Assembly (NCBI GenBank): GCA_046289335.1
Contig: JBKBVY010000002.1
Span: 1,717-65,716, forward strand
From: Roseateles sp.
GTDB lineage: Bacteria; Pseudomonadota; Gammaproteobacteria; Burkholderiales; Burkholderiaceae_C
DNA length: 64,000 nucleotides
Direction of reading: 5' to 3'
In this document: positions 27,825 through 38,515 of the stretch, in pieces
How positions within the stretch are numbered: the first letter of the stretch is position 1
How the letters are laid out: every line of letters starts with the position of its first letter
Program-made: the position numbers and the translations under genes
The notes under the pieces: model-generated
Databases searched by the model: none
What the model was told of the DNA's origin: nothing
Seen by the model: the letters and a program-made list of their open reading frames with translations, nothing else

Positions 27825-30508
27825 CGGACGACCGTCCCGACCCCGACGCGCTGCTGGCCAAAGTGCAGCAGGCCGAGGCCGCCGCGCGCCGCGGCCGGCT
27901 GAAGATCTTCTTCGGCGCCAACGCCGGTGTGGGCAAGACCTTCGCGATGCTGGCCGCAGCCCATGCGGCCCGGCAGCAGGGACGGCCGGTGTGCGTTGGC
28001 GTCGTCGAGACGCATGGCCGCGCCGACACCGAAGCCATCGCCCGCGACCTGCAGCGGCTGCCGCTCAAGGAGGTCTTGCACCGCAGCCAGACGCTGCGCG
28101 AGTTCGACCTCGACGCCGCGCTCGCCTGGGGCCAGCAGCAGCCAGGCGGCGTGCTGCTGCTGGACGAGCTGGCCCACAGCAATGCGCCCGGCTCGCGCCA
28201 CACCAAGCGCTGGCAGGACGCGCAGGAGCTGCGCGAGGCCGGCGTGGAGGTCTGGACCACGCTGAACGTGCAGCACCTGGAGAGCCTGAACGACGTGGTG
28301 GGTGGCATCACCGGCATCCGCGTGCAGCAGACGCTGCCGGACCGGGTGTTCGACGAGGCCGACGAGGTGGTGGTCGTGGACCTGCCGCCCGACGAGCTGC
28401 TGCAGCGGCTGAAGGAAGGCAAGGTCTACCTGCCCGCCCAGGCCGAGCGCGCGGCGCGCAACTTCTTCCGCAAGGGCAATCTGCTGGCGCTGCGCGAGCT
28501 GGCGCTGCGCCGCACGGCCGACCGGGTGGACGACCAGATGCAGGCCTACCGGCGCGAGCACAGTGCGCTGGCGCAGGGGGCCGTCTGGCCCAACCGCGAG
28601 TCGTTGCTGGCCTGCGTGGGGCCGGGCGCGTCCGGCGACAAGGTGGTGCGCAGCGCGGCACGCCTGGCGCAGCAGCTGGGCCTGGACTGGCACGCCGTGC
28701 ACGTGCAGACCGCGCGCGGCCTGGACGATGCCGCCCGCCAGCGCGTGCAGCGCACGCTGGCGCTTGCACAGAGCCTGGGGGCGCGCACGGCGGTGCTGTC
28801 CGCGCCCGAGGTGGCGCGCGCGCTGGTGGACCATGCGCGCGAGCACAACCTGTCGCGGCTGGTGGTGGGCCGGCGCGAGCGCGCCTGGCGCTGGCCCGGC
28901 CGGCCGACGCTGGCCGATGCGCTGAGCCGAGGGGCGGAGGAGATGGACGTGCTGCAGGTGGCCCTGCCCACCCACCCGCGCCCGCCCGGGCCGGCGCCGC
29001 AGCGCGAGCCGGAGCTGCTGGCGCCCGCTGCGCTGCGCGGTTATGCGGCGGGCCTGCTCGGCACGCTGCTGCTGACGGCCGTCGGTCACACGCTGCTGCT
29101 GGGCCTCATGGAGCCCACCAACATCGCCATGCTCTACCTGCTCAACGTGGTCGGCGTGGCGCTGTGGTTCGGCCGCGCGCCGGCGGCGCTGACGGCGCTG
29201 CTGGGCGTGGCGGCGTTCGACTTCGTCTTCGTCGAGCCCCGGTGGTCGTTCGCAGTCGGCGACGCGCAGTACCTGGTGACCTTCGCCGTGCTGCTGCTGG
29301 TGGGCCTGGTCATCGGCCAGCTGGCCGCCGGGCTGCAGGCGCAGGCGCGTGCGGCGCAGGAGCGCGAGCGGCGCGTGCGCGGGCTGTATGCGATGTCGCG
29401 CGACCTGGGCGCGGCGCTGGTGCCCGAGCAGGTGGCCGAGATCGCCACGCGTTTTCTGCGCGCCGAATTCGGCGTGGCCTCGGCCGTGCTGGCGCCGCCG
29501 CTGGCCGCGCCGGCGGGGCGTGAGGTGCTGGCCGTGCTGCCCGGTGCCACCGCCCAGCCGGACCTGGGCGTGGCGCAATGGGCCTTCGACCATGCCCAGC
29601 CGGCCGGGCAGGGCACGGACACCTTGCCGGCCAGCGCCTGCCTGATGCTGCCGCTGACGGCGCCCATGCGGCTGCGTGGCGTGCTGGCCGTGGAGGCGCC
29701 CGGCCGGCGCTGGCTGCCCGACGAGCGCGAGCTGCTGGACACCTGCGCGGCGCTGCTGGCCATCTCGCTGGAGCGCATCCACTACATCGAGGTGGCGCAG
29801 CAGAGCACCTTGCAGATCGAGAGCGAGCGGCTGCGCAACTCCTTGTTGACGACCATCTCTCACGACCTGCGCACGCCGCTGGCCGCGCTGGTGGGGCTGG
29901 CCGATGCGCTGCGGCTCACGCCGCTGCAGGCCCCGCAGGCGGAGGTGGCCGAGGCCATGCGCCGCTGTGCGCTGCGCATGAGTGCGCTGGTGGCCAACCT
30001 GCTGGACATGGCGCGGCTGCAGGCCGGCGCCGTGCAGCTGAACCGCCAGTGGCTGCCGCTGCAGGAGGTGGTGGGCAGCGCGCTGGCGGAGCTGGACGAG
30101 GCGCTGACGGGCCATGAGGTGGTGGTGGACCTGCCCGCCGACCTGCCGCTGCTGTCGCTGGACGCGGTGCTGATGGCCCGCGTGCTGGTCAACCTGCTGG
30201 AGAACGCCGCCAAGTACGGTGGCCCGGCCATCCGCATCGCCGCGCGCGTGGCGGGCCGGCAGGTCGAGATCGACGTGAGCGACAACGGCCCCGGCTTGCC
30301 CGCAGGCCGCGAGGCGGCGCTGTTCGACAAGTTCGAGCGCGGCGACCGCGAGAGCGCCACGCCCGGCGTGGGCCTGGGCCTGGCCATCTGCAAGGCCATC
30401 GTCGAGGCGCACGGCGGGCAGATCAGCGCCCACAATGGCGCCGCCGGCGGGGCCTGTGTCCGCATCGAACTGCCGCTGGGCCAACCGCCGAAGGAGCAAG
30501 CCGAGTGA
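27821..30508 (+). CDS. kdpD: sensor histidine kinase KdpD
   Basis: RPDPDALL, GVGKT, DELAHSN, USP domain, four TMs, GAF, SHDLRTPL, GLGLAICK. Confidence 0.95.
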   Translation: MTDDRPDPDALLAKVQQAEAAARRGRLKIFFGANAGVGKTFAMLAAAHAARQQGRPVCVGVVETHGRADTEAIARDLQRLPLKEVLHRSQTLREFDLDAALAWGQQQPGGVLLLDELAHSNAPGSRHTKRWQDAQELREAGVEVWTTLNVQHLESLNDVVGGITGIRVQQTLPDRVFDEADEVVVVDLPPDELLQRLKEGKVYLPAQAERAARNFFRKGNLLALRELALRRTADRVDDQMQAYRREHSALAQGAVWPNRESLLACVGPGASGDKVVRSAARLAQQLGLDWHAVHVQTARGLDDAARQRVQRTLALAQSLGARTAVLSAPEVARALVDHAREHNLSRLVVGRRERAWRWPGRPTLADALSRGAEEMDVLQVALPTHPRPPGPAPQREPELLAPAALRGYAAGLLGTLLLTAVGHTLLLGLMEPTNIAMLYLLNVVGVALWFGRAPAALTALLGVAAFDFVFVEPRWSFAVGDAQYLVTFAVLLLVGLVIGQLAAGLQAQARAAQERERRVRGLYAMSRDLGAALVPEQVAEIATRFLRAEFGVASAVLAPPLAAPAGREVLAVLPGATAQPDLGVAQWAFDHAQPAGQGTDTLPASACLMLPLTAPMRLRGVLAVEAPGRRWLPDERELLDTCAALLAISLERIHYIEVAQQSTLQIESERLRNSLLTTISHDLRTPLAALVGLADALRLTPLQAPQAEVAEAMRRCALRMSALVANLLDMARLQAGAVQLNRQWLPLQEVVGSALAELDEALTGHEVVVDLPADLPLLSLDAVLMARVLVNLLENAAKYGGPAIRIAARVAGRQVEIDVSDNGPGLPAGREAALFDKFERGDRESATPGVGLGLAICKAIVEAHGGQISAHNGAAGGACVRIELPLGQPPKEQAE

Positions 30509-31188
30509 GCGCCGCACGCGTGCTGATGATCGAGGACGAGCCGGAGATCCGGCGCTTTGTGCGCATGGCGCTGGAAAGCGAGGGCCTGGAGGTGTTCGAG
30601 GCCGTCACGCTGCAGCGCGGCCTCATCGACGCCGCCACGCGCCGGCCCGAGCTGGTCGTGCTGGACCTGGGCCTGCCCGATGGCGACGGGCTGGACTTCA
30701 TCCGCGAGTTCCGCGGCTGGTCGCAGGCGCCGGTCATCGTGCTGTCGGCGCGCGACGGCGAGGCCCGCAAGGTGCAGGCGCTGGACGCCGGTGCGGACGA
30801 CTACCTCGTCAAGCCCTTCGGCGTGGCCGAGCTGCTGGCGCGGGTGCGCGTGCAACTGCGCCGGCACGGCGGCGCCAGCGCGGCGGACCCGCTGTTGCGC
30901 TTCGGCGACGTGGTGGTGGACCGGGCGCTGCGCACGGTCACCAAGGCCGGCGCGGCCTTGCACCTCACGCCCATCGAGTACCGGCTGCTGCAGGAGCTGG
31001 CCAATGCCCCCGGCCGCGTGCTGACCCACCAGCACCTGCTCAAGGCCGTCTGGGGGCCAGGCCATGCGGAGGACGTGCACTACGTGCGCGTGCACATGGC
31101 CAATCTGCGCAAGAAGCTGGAGGCCGACCCCAACCGGCCGCAATGGCTGGTGACGGAGGCCGGCGTGGGCTATCGGCTCAAGACTTAG
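30505..31188 (+). CDS. kdpE: response regulator KdpE
   Basis: REC domain (LDLGLPDGDG, KPFG) plus winged helix (LRKKLEADP, GVGYR). Confidence 0.95.
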   Translation: MSAARVLMIEDEPEIRRFVRMALESEGLEVFEAVTLQRGLIDAATRRPELVVLDLGLPDGDGLDFIREFRGWSQAPVIVLSARDGEARKVQALDAGADDYLVKPFGVAELLARVRVQLRRHGGASAADPLLRFGDVVVDRALRTVTKAGAALHLTPIEYRLLQELANAPGRVLTHQHLLKAVWGPGHAEDVHYVRVHMANLRKKLEADPNRPQWLVTEAGVGYRLKT

Positions 31189-31763
31189 CGGCGCCGCGAC
31201 GAGCGCCAGTGGCGGATCAGCAGCCACGCGCCCAGCATGCCGCCCAGGTGGGCGAAGTGGGCCACGCCGCTGGCGCGGCTGAAGCCCAGGATGAGCTCCA
31301 GGCCGCCGAAGATGGCCACGAAGTACTTGGCCTTCATCGGGATGGGCGGGATCAGCGGCACGATGATGCGGTTGGGGAACAGCATGCCGAAGGACAGCAG
31401 CAGCCCGAAGATCGCGCCCGAGGCGCCCACCGTCGGCGCGTTGGTGCCGATGGCCCAGGTGAACAGCAACTGCACGGCGGCTGCGCTCAGCGTGCTGGCC
31501 ACCAGGATCTGGGTGTAGCGCCGCGGGCCCCAGACGCGCTCCAGCTCGCCGCCGAACATCCACAGGCCCAGCATGTTGAACAGCAGGTGCATGAAGTCGC
31601 CGTGCAGGAAGGCGTAGCTCAGCGGCTGCCATGGCAGGAAGGCCCCGGAAGTCAGCGGCCACAGCTCGAACCAGAAGGCCAGCGAGGGAAACAGGATGAA
31701 GAAGCAGTAGGTACCGACGCAAGCCAGGATGAAGGCTTTGGTGACCTGAGGCAGCGGGGGCAT
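31185..31763 (-). CDS. rhomboid family intramembrane serine protease
   Basis: FLHG, HLLFNM, GASG (Ser), AHFAHLGG (His). Confidence 0.92.
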   Translation of the reverse strand: MPPLPQVTKAFILACVGTYCFFILFPSLAFWFELWPLTSGAFLPWQPLSYAFLHGDFMHLLFNMLGLWMFGGELERVWGPRRYTQILVASTLSAAAVQLLFTWAIGTNAPTVGASGAIFGLLLSFGMLFPNRIIVPLIPPIPMKAKYFVAIFGGLELILGFSRASGVAHFAHLGGMLGAWLLIRHWRSSRRR

Positions 31764-31852
31764 GGAGTCGCGGCAGGGCGCCGGAATGGCGCGTCGCAAT
31801 CGGAGAAGCCGATGCTTACGTGCCGAGTGTATGCCAGTGATTGCGCGACCTT

Positions 31853-31937
31853 TGGTGCCCCCCGCCGGACTCGAACCGGCACACCTTGCGGCGGGGGATT
31901 TTGAGTCCCCTGCGTCTACCGATTCCGCCAGAGGGGC
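31853..31937 (-). tRNA. tRNA-Leu(CAA)
   Basis: GCCCCTCTGGCGGAATCGGTAGACGCAGGGGACTCAAAATCCCC...GTTCGAGTCC...GGGGCACCA; long variable arm, encoded CCA. Confidence 0.97.
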
Positions 31938-32028
31938 CATCGGTCGTGCATCCCGCCGTGCTGGCGAGGGGCTGGATTATGCACTCGCCAAGCCTCGGTT
32001 TTCGAACCCGCTGCCACAATCGGCCGCC

Positions 32029-32925
32029 ATGAACTATCCGACCCTCGAAGACGTCATCGGCGCCACACCGCTGGTGCGGCTGCAGCGCGTGCCCGGCAGC
32101 GATGCGCGCGGCAATGTGATCCTGGCCAAGCTGGAGGGCAACAACCCGGCCGGCTCCGTGAAGGACCGGCCCGCCATCAGCATGATCAAGCGCGCCGAGG
32201 AGCGCGGCGAGATCAAGCCGGGCGACACGCTGATCGAGGCCACCTCGGGCAACACCGGCATCGCGCTGGCCATGGCCGCCGCCATCCGCGGCTACCGCAT
32301 GGTGCTGATCATGCCGGAGGACCTCTCCATCGAGCGCGCCCAGACCATGAAGGCCTTCGGCGCCGAACTCATCCTGACGCCCAAGACCGGCGGCATGGAG
32401 TACGCCCGCGACCTGGCCGAGCAGATGGCCCGCGAGGGCAAGGGCCGCGTGCTGGATCAGTTCGCCAACCCCGACAACCCGCGCGTGCACTACGAAACCA
32501 CCGGCCCCGAGCTGTGGAAGGACACGGGCGGGCGCATCACCCACTTCGTCAGCGCCATGGGCACCACGGGCACCATCACCGGCGTATCGCGCTTCCTGAA
32601 GGAGAAGAACCCGGCGGTGCGCATCGTCGGCGCCCAGCCGGCGGAGGGCTCGCGCATCCCCGGCATCCGCAAGTGGCCCCAGGCCTATCTGCCCAAGATC
32701 TACGACCCCGCTGGCGTGGACGAGCTGGTGCTGGTGAGCCAGGCCGATGCCGAGGACATGGCGCGCCGGCTGGCCCGCGAGGAGGGCCTGTTCGCCGGCA
32801 TCTCGGCGGCGGGCGCCTGCTGGGTGGCGCTGCAGATCGCCAGGCAGGTCGAGAACGCGACCATCGCCTTCATCGTCTGCGACCGCGGCGACCGCTACCT
32901 GTCCACGGGCGTCTTTCCCGCGTGA
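32029..32925 (+). CDS. cysM: cysteine synthase B
   Basis: KLEGNNPAGSVKDR, TSGNTG, GIRKW, CDRGDRYLSTG. Confidence 0.95.
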   Translation: MNYPTLEDVIGATPLVRLQRVPGSDARGNVILAKLEGNNPAGSVKDRPAISMIKRAEERGEIKPGDTLIEATSGNTGIALAMAAAIRGYRMVLIMPEDLSIERAQTMKAFGAELILTPKTGGMEYARDLAEQMAREGKGRVLDQFANPDNPRVHYETTGPELWKDTGGRITHFVSAMGTTGTITGVSRFLKEKNPAVRIVGAQPAEGSRIPGIRKWPQAYLPKIYDPAGVDELVLVSQADAEDMARRLAREEGLFAGISAAGACWVALQIARQVENATIAFIVCDRGDRYLSTGVFPA

Positions 32926-33455
32926 AGCCGCCCAGCTATTGCGCCGACTGCGCGACGCCGCTCGCGCTGATCACGCAGGCCGAGGACGGCGGCGACAAGA
33001 CGCGGCTGCGCTGCCCGGCCTGCGGCTGGACGCACTGGAACAACCCGACGCCCGTGCTGGCCGCCGTCATCGAATGCACCGACCGCGACGGCCAGGTGCT
33101 GCTGGCCCGCAATGCGGCCTGGCCCGGGCGCTTCTTCGGCCTGGTGACGGGCTTCCTGGAGGCCGGCGAGACGCCCGAGGAAGGCATACGCCGCGAGATC
33201 GCGGAGGAGACCGCGCTGCAGGTGGAGTCGCTCACGCTGCTGGGCGTGTGGGACTTCCAGCGCATGAACCAGATCATCATTGCCTACCACGCGGCGGCGC
33301 GCGGCGAGATCCGGCTGTCGCCCGAACTGGCGGAGTACAAGCTGCTGGCGCCGCAGGACGTGCGCTGCTGGCCGCAAGGCACGGGTCAGGCGCTGGCGAC
33401 CTGGCTGCGGTCCAGGGGCATCACGCCGCAGTGGCTGGAGCTCAAGGGAGAATGA
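32922..33455 (+). CDS. NUDIX hydrolase with zinc ribbon (NudC-like)
   Basis: CADC...CPAC zinc ribbon; GFLEAGETPEEGIRREIAEET Nudix box. Confidence 0.88.
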   Translation: MKPPSYCADCATPLALITQAEDGGDKTRLRCPACGWTHWNNPTPVLAAVIECTDRDGQVLLARNAAWPGRFFGLVTGFLEAGETPEEGIRREIAEETALQVESLTLLGVWDFQRMNQIIIAYHAAARGEIRLSPELAEYKLLAPQDVRCWPQGTGQALATWLRSRGITPQWLELKGE

Positions 33456-33459
33456 CGCG

Positions 33460-33687
33460 ATGGACGTTCAACGCGAGATCGACACCCGGGGCCTGAACTG
33501 CCCCCTGCCCATCCTGAAGGCCAAGAAGGCGCTGGCCGAGATGCAAAGCGGCGAGCTGCTGCGTGTGGTCGCGACCGACCCGGGCTCGCTGCGCGACTTC
33601 CAGGCCTTTGCGCGTCAGACCGGCAATGAACTGGTGCAGCAGGAAACGGTCGGCACCGAGTTCATTCACGTGCTGCGGCGCCGCTGA
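33460..33687 (+). CDS. tusA: TusA/SirA family sulfur carrier
   Basis: DTRGLNCPLP motif, 75 aa. Confidence 0.88.
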   Translation: MDVQREIDTRGLNCPLPILKAKKALAEMQSGELLRVVATDPGSLRDFQAFARQTGNELVQQETVGTEFIHVLRRR

Positions 33688-33701
33688 CCTCAGTCAGCTC
33701 A

Positions 33702-34595
33702 TCAGAGATCGAGGGACTGCAGGAACTCTTTGAAGCCCGGTCCCAGCTGCGGATGGGCCAGCGCCAGCTCGACATTGGCCTGCAGGAAGCCTTCCTTGCT
33801 GCCGCAGTCGTAGCGCTTGCCTTCGTAGCGGTAGGCAAACACCTTCTCGCGGCGCAGCAGGCCGGCGATGCCGTCGGTCAGCTGGATCTCGCCGCCCACG
33901 CCGCGCGGCTGGTTGGCGATCTCGTGGAAGACACCCGGCGTCAGGATGTAGCGGCCCGCAACGCCCAGGCGTGACGGCGCCTGCTCCGGCGCCGGCTTCT
34001 CGACGATGCGGTTCACGTCCATCAGGCTGTCGTTGACCTGCGTGCCCGCCACGATGCCATAGCGGCGCGTGTGCTCGGCCGGGACTTCCTGCACGGCCAG
34101 GATGGAGGCGCGCCAGTCGGCGAACTGCTCCACCATCTGCTTCAGGATGCCGCGGCCGGGCTGGGGGCCCACCATCAGGTCATCGGCCAGCAGCACGGCA
34201 AACGGATCGTTGCCGACCAGGCGCTGGCCGCACAGCACCGCGTGGCCCAGTCCCAGGGCCTGGGCCTGGCGCACGTAGATGCACTCCATGTCGTCGGGCT
34301 TGACGCTGCGCACCACCTCCAGCAGCTCCTGCTTGCCGGCGTTCTCCAGCGCGACTTCCAGCTCGAAGGTCATGTCGAAGTGGTCCTCGATGGGGCGCTT
34401 GTGGCGGCCGGTCACGAAGATCATCTCGCGCACGCCCGCCTCGTAGGCCTCCTCGACGGCGTACTGGATCAGCGGCTTGTCGACGACCGGGAGCATTTCC
34501 TTGGGCTGGGCCTTGGTGGCCGGCAGGAAGCGGGTGCCGAGGCCGGCAACCGGAAAGATGGCTTTGGTGATCGGGGAACGGTTGGAAGCGGCCAT
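33702..34595 (-). CDS. galU: UTP--glucose-1-phosphate uridylyltransferase
   Basis: AGLGTRFLPATKAQPKEMLP, LGLGHAV, VEKP, GEIQLTD. Confidence 0.97.
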   Translation of the reverse strand: MAASNRSPITKAIFPVAGLGTRFLPATKAQPKEMLPVVDKPLIQYAVEEAYEAGVREMIFVTGRHKRPIEDHFDMTFELEVALENAGKQELLEVVRSVKPDDMECIYVRQAQALGLGHAVLCGQRLVGNDPFAVLLADDLMVGPQPGRGILKQMVEQFADWRASILAVQEVPAEHTRRYGIVAGTQVNDSLMDVNRIVEKPAPEQAPSRLGVAGRYILTPGVFHEIANQPRGVGGEIQLTDGIAGLLRREKVFAYRYEGKRYDCGSKEGFLQANVELALAHPQLGPGFKEFLQSLDL

Positions 34596-34677
34596 GGGTA
34601 CACTGGTTTGGCGGGGTCCGGATCATTGTGTCACGCGGTATGTGACGGGGCTGACCCTTGAGTTGGGCACAAGAAGA

Positions 34678-35619
34678 ATGACCGTCCTCATCCTCGAACC
34701 GCTGGAAGCCGACGTCGTGCAGTGGCTGGCGGAGCGCCATGACGCGCGCTTTGCGCCGGAGCTGGTCGGCGATGCGGACGCGCTGGCTGCGGCGCTCACG
34801 CATGCGCGGGCCTTGGTGGCCCCGCCGCAGGTGCGCATCGACGCTGAGCTGCTGCGCGGTGCGCGTCAGCTGCGCGCCATCGGTCGGGCCAGTGGCGGCT
34901 CGGAGAACATCGACGTCGAGGCCTGCCGGCAGGCAGGGGTGGAGGTGGTGCGCTCGCAGGCCTCCACCGCCAGTGCCGAGGCCGAGTTCGCCATCGGCGC
35001 GCTGCTGAGCCTGCTCAGGCGCCTGCCTGTGGAGGGCAGCGACGGCCTGCGCGTGGGGCGCGAGCTGGGGTGCTCGACGGTGGGCCTGCTGGGGCTGACG
35101 CCGGCGGCCCGCGTCATCGCGCAGCTGCTGCAGGCCTTTGGTACGCGCGTCATCGGCTACGACCCGGGCTGCCATCCCAGCGACACGATCTGGGCGCGCT
35201 GGGGCATCGAGGCCGTGGGCCTGCAGGAGTTGGTCCAGCACAGCGACGGGCTGGTGGTGCTGCTGCCTTACTTCGACCGTTTCCGCGGGCTGCTGGGCGC
35301 ACGCCAGCTGGAGCAGGTGCGCAGCGGCCAGGTCTGGGTGGTGCTGAGCCAGTCGGGCCTGGTGGACGAAGCAGCGCTGGCGCGCGCGCTGCGCGGCGGC
35401 CAGGTGCTGGCCGCCTGGTTCGACTGCCTGGAGCCGGGCTGGCTGGAGGTTGGCCAGCCGCTGTACGGCCTGGGCAACGTGCAGGTCACGCCGCGTCTGG
35501 CCGGCACCACGCGGGAGTCGCGCGTGCGTGCGGCCTGGGCCGTGGCACGGGCCATCGACGAACTGCTGGCCCAGGCCGCCCCCGGCCAGGCGGCCAGGAA
35601 GCGCGCCGTGGCTTACTGA
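34678..35619 (+). CDS. D-2-hydroxyacid dehydrogenase-fold protein (degenerate motifs)
   Basis: [44 protein letters not shown]. Confidence 0.75.
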   Translation: MTVLILEPLEADVVQWLAERHDARFAPELVGDADALAAALTHARALVAPPQVRIDAELLRGARQLRAIGRASGGSENIDVEACRQAGVEVVRSQASTASAEAEFAIGALLSLLRRLPVEGSDGLRVGRELGCSTVGLLGLTPAARVIAQLLQAFGTRVIGYDPGCHPSDTIWARWGIEAVGLQELVQHSDGLVVLLPYFDRFRGLLGARQLEQVRSGQVWVVLSQSGLVDEAALARALRGGQVLAAWFDCLEPGWLEVGQPLYGLGNVQVTPRLAGTTRESRVRAAWAVARAIDELLAQAAPGQAARKRAVAY

Positions 35620-38435
35620 GCCTGAGCCGGCAGCCGTGCCAGCTGCTCGCGCAGCCTGGCTACGGTTTCCTTGAAGCCGGCCACGCGGCCGCGCTCCTGC
35701 TCCACGACGGCGGCCGGCGCGCGGGCGACGAAGCTCTCGTTGGACAGCTTGGCCTCGGCCTTGGCGATCTCGCCGTCCAGGCGCGCGATCTCCTTGCTCA
35801 GGCGGGCGCGCTCGGCGGCCACGTCGATTTCGACCTTCAGTGCCAGCTTGGCCGCGCCGTGCACCAGCACCGGCGCGGTGGCGCTCTGCTTCGCGAACTC
35901 GGCGTCGTCGGCGATCAGCTCCACGCTGCTCAGCTTGGCCAGCACCTTCAGCACGGCCGCGGCTTCGGACAGGAAGCTCAGGTCGCCGCCCACCAGCAGC
36001 GGCACGCGCTCGGCGGGGCTGAGGTTCATCTCGCTGCGCAGGCTGCGGCAGGTGCCCACCACGGCCTTGAGCTGGGCCATCCAGGCGTCGGCGGTCGCGT
36101 CGATGCGCTCGGGCTGGGCCACGGGGTAGGGCGCCTGGCCGATGTAGTCCACCGTCTTGCGGCCGGCCACCGGCGCGACGCTCTGCCACAGCTCCTCGGT
36201 GATGAAGGGCGCGATGGGGTGCAGCAGGCGCAGCGTGGTCTCCAGCACGCGGATCAGCGTGCGGCGCGTGGCGCGCTGCTGGGACTCGTCGCCGGTCTGG
36301 ATCTGCACCTTGGCAATCTCCAGGTACCAGTCGCAGTACTCATCCCAGACGAAGCTGTAGATGGCGTTGGCGACGTTGTCCAGGCGGTACTCGGCAAAGC
36401 CCTGGGCCACGGCGGCTTCGACGCGCTGCAGCTCGCTGACGATCCAGCGGTCGGCGGGGCTGAACTTGTTGTAGCCGGGCGGGCAGTGGCCTTCCGCATG
36501 TGCGAGACCGCAGTCCTGGCCTTCGGTGTTCATCAGCACGAAGCGCGTCGCGTTCCAGAGCTTGTTGCAGAAGTTGCGGTAGCCCTCGCAGCGCTTGGTG
36601 TCGAAGTTGATGTTGCGGCCCAGCGTGGCGTAGCTGGCCATCGTGAAGCGCAGCGCGTCGGCGCCGTAGGCCGGCATGCCCTCGGGGAATTCCTTCTTCA
36701 CGCGGGCGGCGACCTTGGGCGCCGTCTCGGGCTTGCGCAGGCCGGTGGTGCTCTTCTTGGTCAGCGTGTCCAGGTCGCAGCCCTGGATGAGGTCCACCGG
36801 GTCCAGCACATTGCCTTCGGACTTGCTCATCTTCTGGCCCTGCGAGTCACGCACCAGGCCGTGGATGTAGACGTCCTTGAACGGCACCTGGCCGGTGAAG
36901 TGCTTGGTCATCATGATCATCCGGGCGACCCAGAAGAAGATGATGTCGTAGCCGGTCACGAGCACGGAGGACGGCAGGAACAGCTGCTGCTCCAGCGTCT
37001 TCTCGGGCCAGCCCAGCGTCGAGAACGGTACCAGCGCCGACGAGTACCAGGTGTCCAGCACGTCGGGGTCGCGCGTCAGCTCGCCGACGTAGCCGGCGGC
37101 TTTGGCCCGGGCCTGTGCTTCCTCTTCGCTGCGCGCGACGAACAGCTCGCCGTTCGTGCCGTACCAGGCTGGGATCTGGTGGCCCCACCACAGCTGGCGC
37201 GAGATGCACCAGTCCTGCAGATTGCCCATCCAGTGGTTGTAGGTGTTGACCCACTGCTCGGGGAAGAACTTCACCTCGCCGCTGGCCACCGCCTCGATGG
37301 CGCCGTCGGCAATGCTCTTGCCGCTGCTGCCGGGCTTGGTGACGGCGACGAACCACTGGTCCGTCAGCATGGGCTCGATGACTTGGCCGGTGCGCTCGCA
37401 GCGCGGCACCTGCAGCTTGTGCTTCTTGACCTCCACCAGCAGACCCAGGGCCTCCAGGTCGGCCACGATGCGCTTGCGCGCGACGAAGCGGTCCAGGCCG
37501 CGGTAGGTCTCCGGGGCGTTGTCGTTGATCTTGGCCTGCAGGTCCAGCACCGAGATCATCGGCAGGTTGTGCCGCTGGCCGACGGCGTAGTCGTTGGTGT
37601 CGTGGGCCGGCGTGACCTTGACGACGCCGGTGCCGAACTCGCGGTCCACGTAGTCGTCCGCGATGATCGGAATCTCGCGGTCGGTCAGCGGCAGCTTGAC
37701 GAGCTTGCCGATCAGCGCGGCATAGCGCTCGTCGTCGGGGTGGACCATGACGGCCACGTCGCCCAGCATGGTCTCGGGCCGGGTGGTGGCCACGACGACC
37801 GAGCCGGAACCATCGACGAGCGGATAGCGGATGTGCCACAGCGAGCCGTCTTCCTCCTCGGACGACACCTCCAGGTCCGACACCGCGGACTGCAGCACCG
37901 GATCCCAGCTCACCAGCCGCTTGCCGCGGTAGATCAGGCCTTCCTCGTACAGCCGCACAAAGGTCTCGACGACCACGCTGGACAGCTTCTCGTCCATCGT
38001 GAAGTACTCGTGCGCCCAGCTCACCGAGTCGCCCAGGCGGCGCATCTGGCTGGTGATGGTGTTGCCCGACTCCTGCTTCCATTCCCACACGCGGGCGACG
38101 AAGTTCTTGCGGCCCAGGTCGTGGCGGCTCTGGCCCGCGGCCTGCAGCTGGCGCTCCACGACGATCTGCGTCGCGATGCCGGCGTGGTCGGTGCCGGGCA
38201 CCCACAGCGTGTTGTGGCCCAGCATGCGGTGGTAGCGCGTCAGCGAGTCCATCACCGTCTGGTTGAAGGCATGGCCCATGTGCAGCGTGCCGGTCACGTT
38301 GGGCGGCGGCAGCTGGATGCTGAACGAGGGCTTGGCGGGGTCCAGCGTCGGCGCGTACAGGCCGGCGGCCTCCCAGGTGGGGCCCCAGTGGGCTTCCAGC
38401 GCGGCGGGTTCGAAGGACTTGGCGAGTTCGGTCAT
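35613..38435 (-). CDS. valS: valine--tRNA ligase
   Basis: [31 protein letters not shown]-terminal coiled coil. Confidence 0.98.
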   Translation of the reverse strand: MTELAKSFEPAALEAHWGPTWEAAGLYAPTLDPAKPSFSIQLPPPNVTGTLHMGHAFNQTVMDSLTRYHRMLGHNTLWVPGTDHAGIATQIVVERQLQAAGQSRHDLGRKNFVARVWEWKQESGNTITSQMRRLGDSVSWAHEYFTMDEKLSSVVVETFVRLYEEGLIYRGKRLVSWDPVLQSAVSDLEVSSEEEDGSLWHIRYPLVDGSGSVVVATTRPETMLGDVAVMVHPDDERYAALIGKLVKLPLTDREIPIIADDYVDREFGTGVVKVTPAHDTNDYAVGQRHNLPMISVLDLQAKINDNAPETYRGLDRFVARKRIVADLEALGLLVEVKKHKLQVPRCERTGQVIEPMLTDQWFVAVTKPGSSGKSIADGAIEAVASGEVKFFPEQWVNTYNHWMGNLQDWCISRQLWWGHQIPAWYGTNGELFVARSEEEAQARAKAAGYVGELTRDPDVLDTWYSSALVPFSTLGWPEKTLEQQLFLPSSVLVTGYDIIFFWVARMIMMTKHFTGQVPFKDVYIHGLVRDSQGQKMSKSEGNVLDPVDLIQGCDLDTLTKKSTTGLRKPETAPKVAARVKKEFPEGMPAYGADALRFTMASYATLGRNINFDTKRCEGYRNFCNKLWNATRFVLMNTEGQDCGLAHAEGHCPPGYNKFSPADRWIVSELQRVEAAVAQGFAEYRLDNVANAIYSFVWDEYCDWYLEIAKVQIQTGDESQQRATRRTLIRVLETTLRLLHPIAPFITEELWQSVAPVAGRKTVDYIGQAPYPVAQPERIDATADAWMAQLKAVVGTCRSLRSEMNLSPAERVPLLVGGDLSFLSEAAAVLKVLAKLSSVELIADDAEFAKQSATAPVLVHGAAKLALKVEIDVAAERARLSKEIARLDGEIAKAEAKLSNESFVARAPAAVVEQERGRVAGFKETVARLREQLARLPAQAQ

Positions 38436-38515
38436 GGCGGGCGCTTCAAAACGGCACGGGGCGTCCTCCTGGCAGAGGGCGCCCCGTGGCGGTGATTCGG
38501 GGATGGTCGATTGTC

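Noticed and set aside
31185-31763. Rhomboid as a rhombosortase linked to the EPS/sorting locus
   Set aside because: Generic rhomboid about 13 kb from the EPS genes; no GlyGly-CTERM or PEP-CTERM substrate and no exosortase gene seen in this window
31853-31937. tRNA-Leu as a possible island integration site
   Set aside because: No integrase, no duplicated tRNA 3' end noticed, and housekeeping genes on both sides
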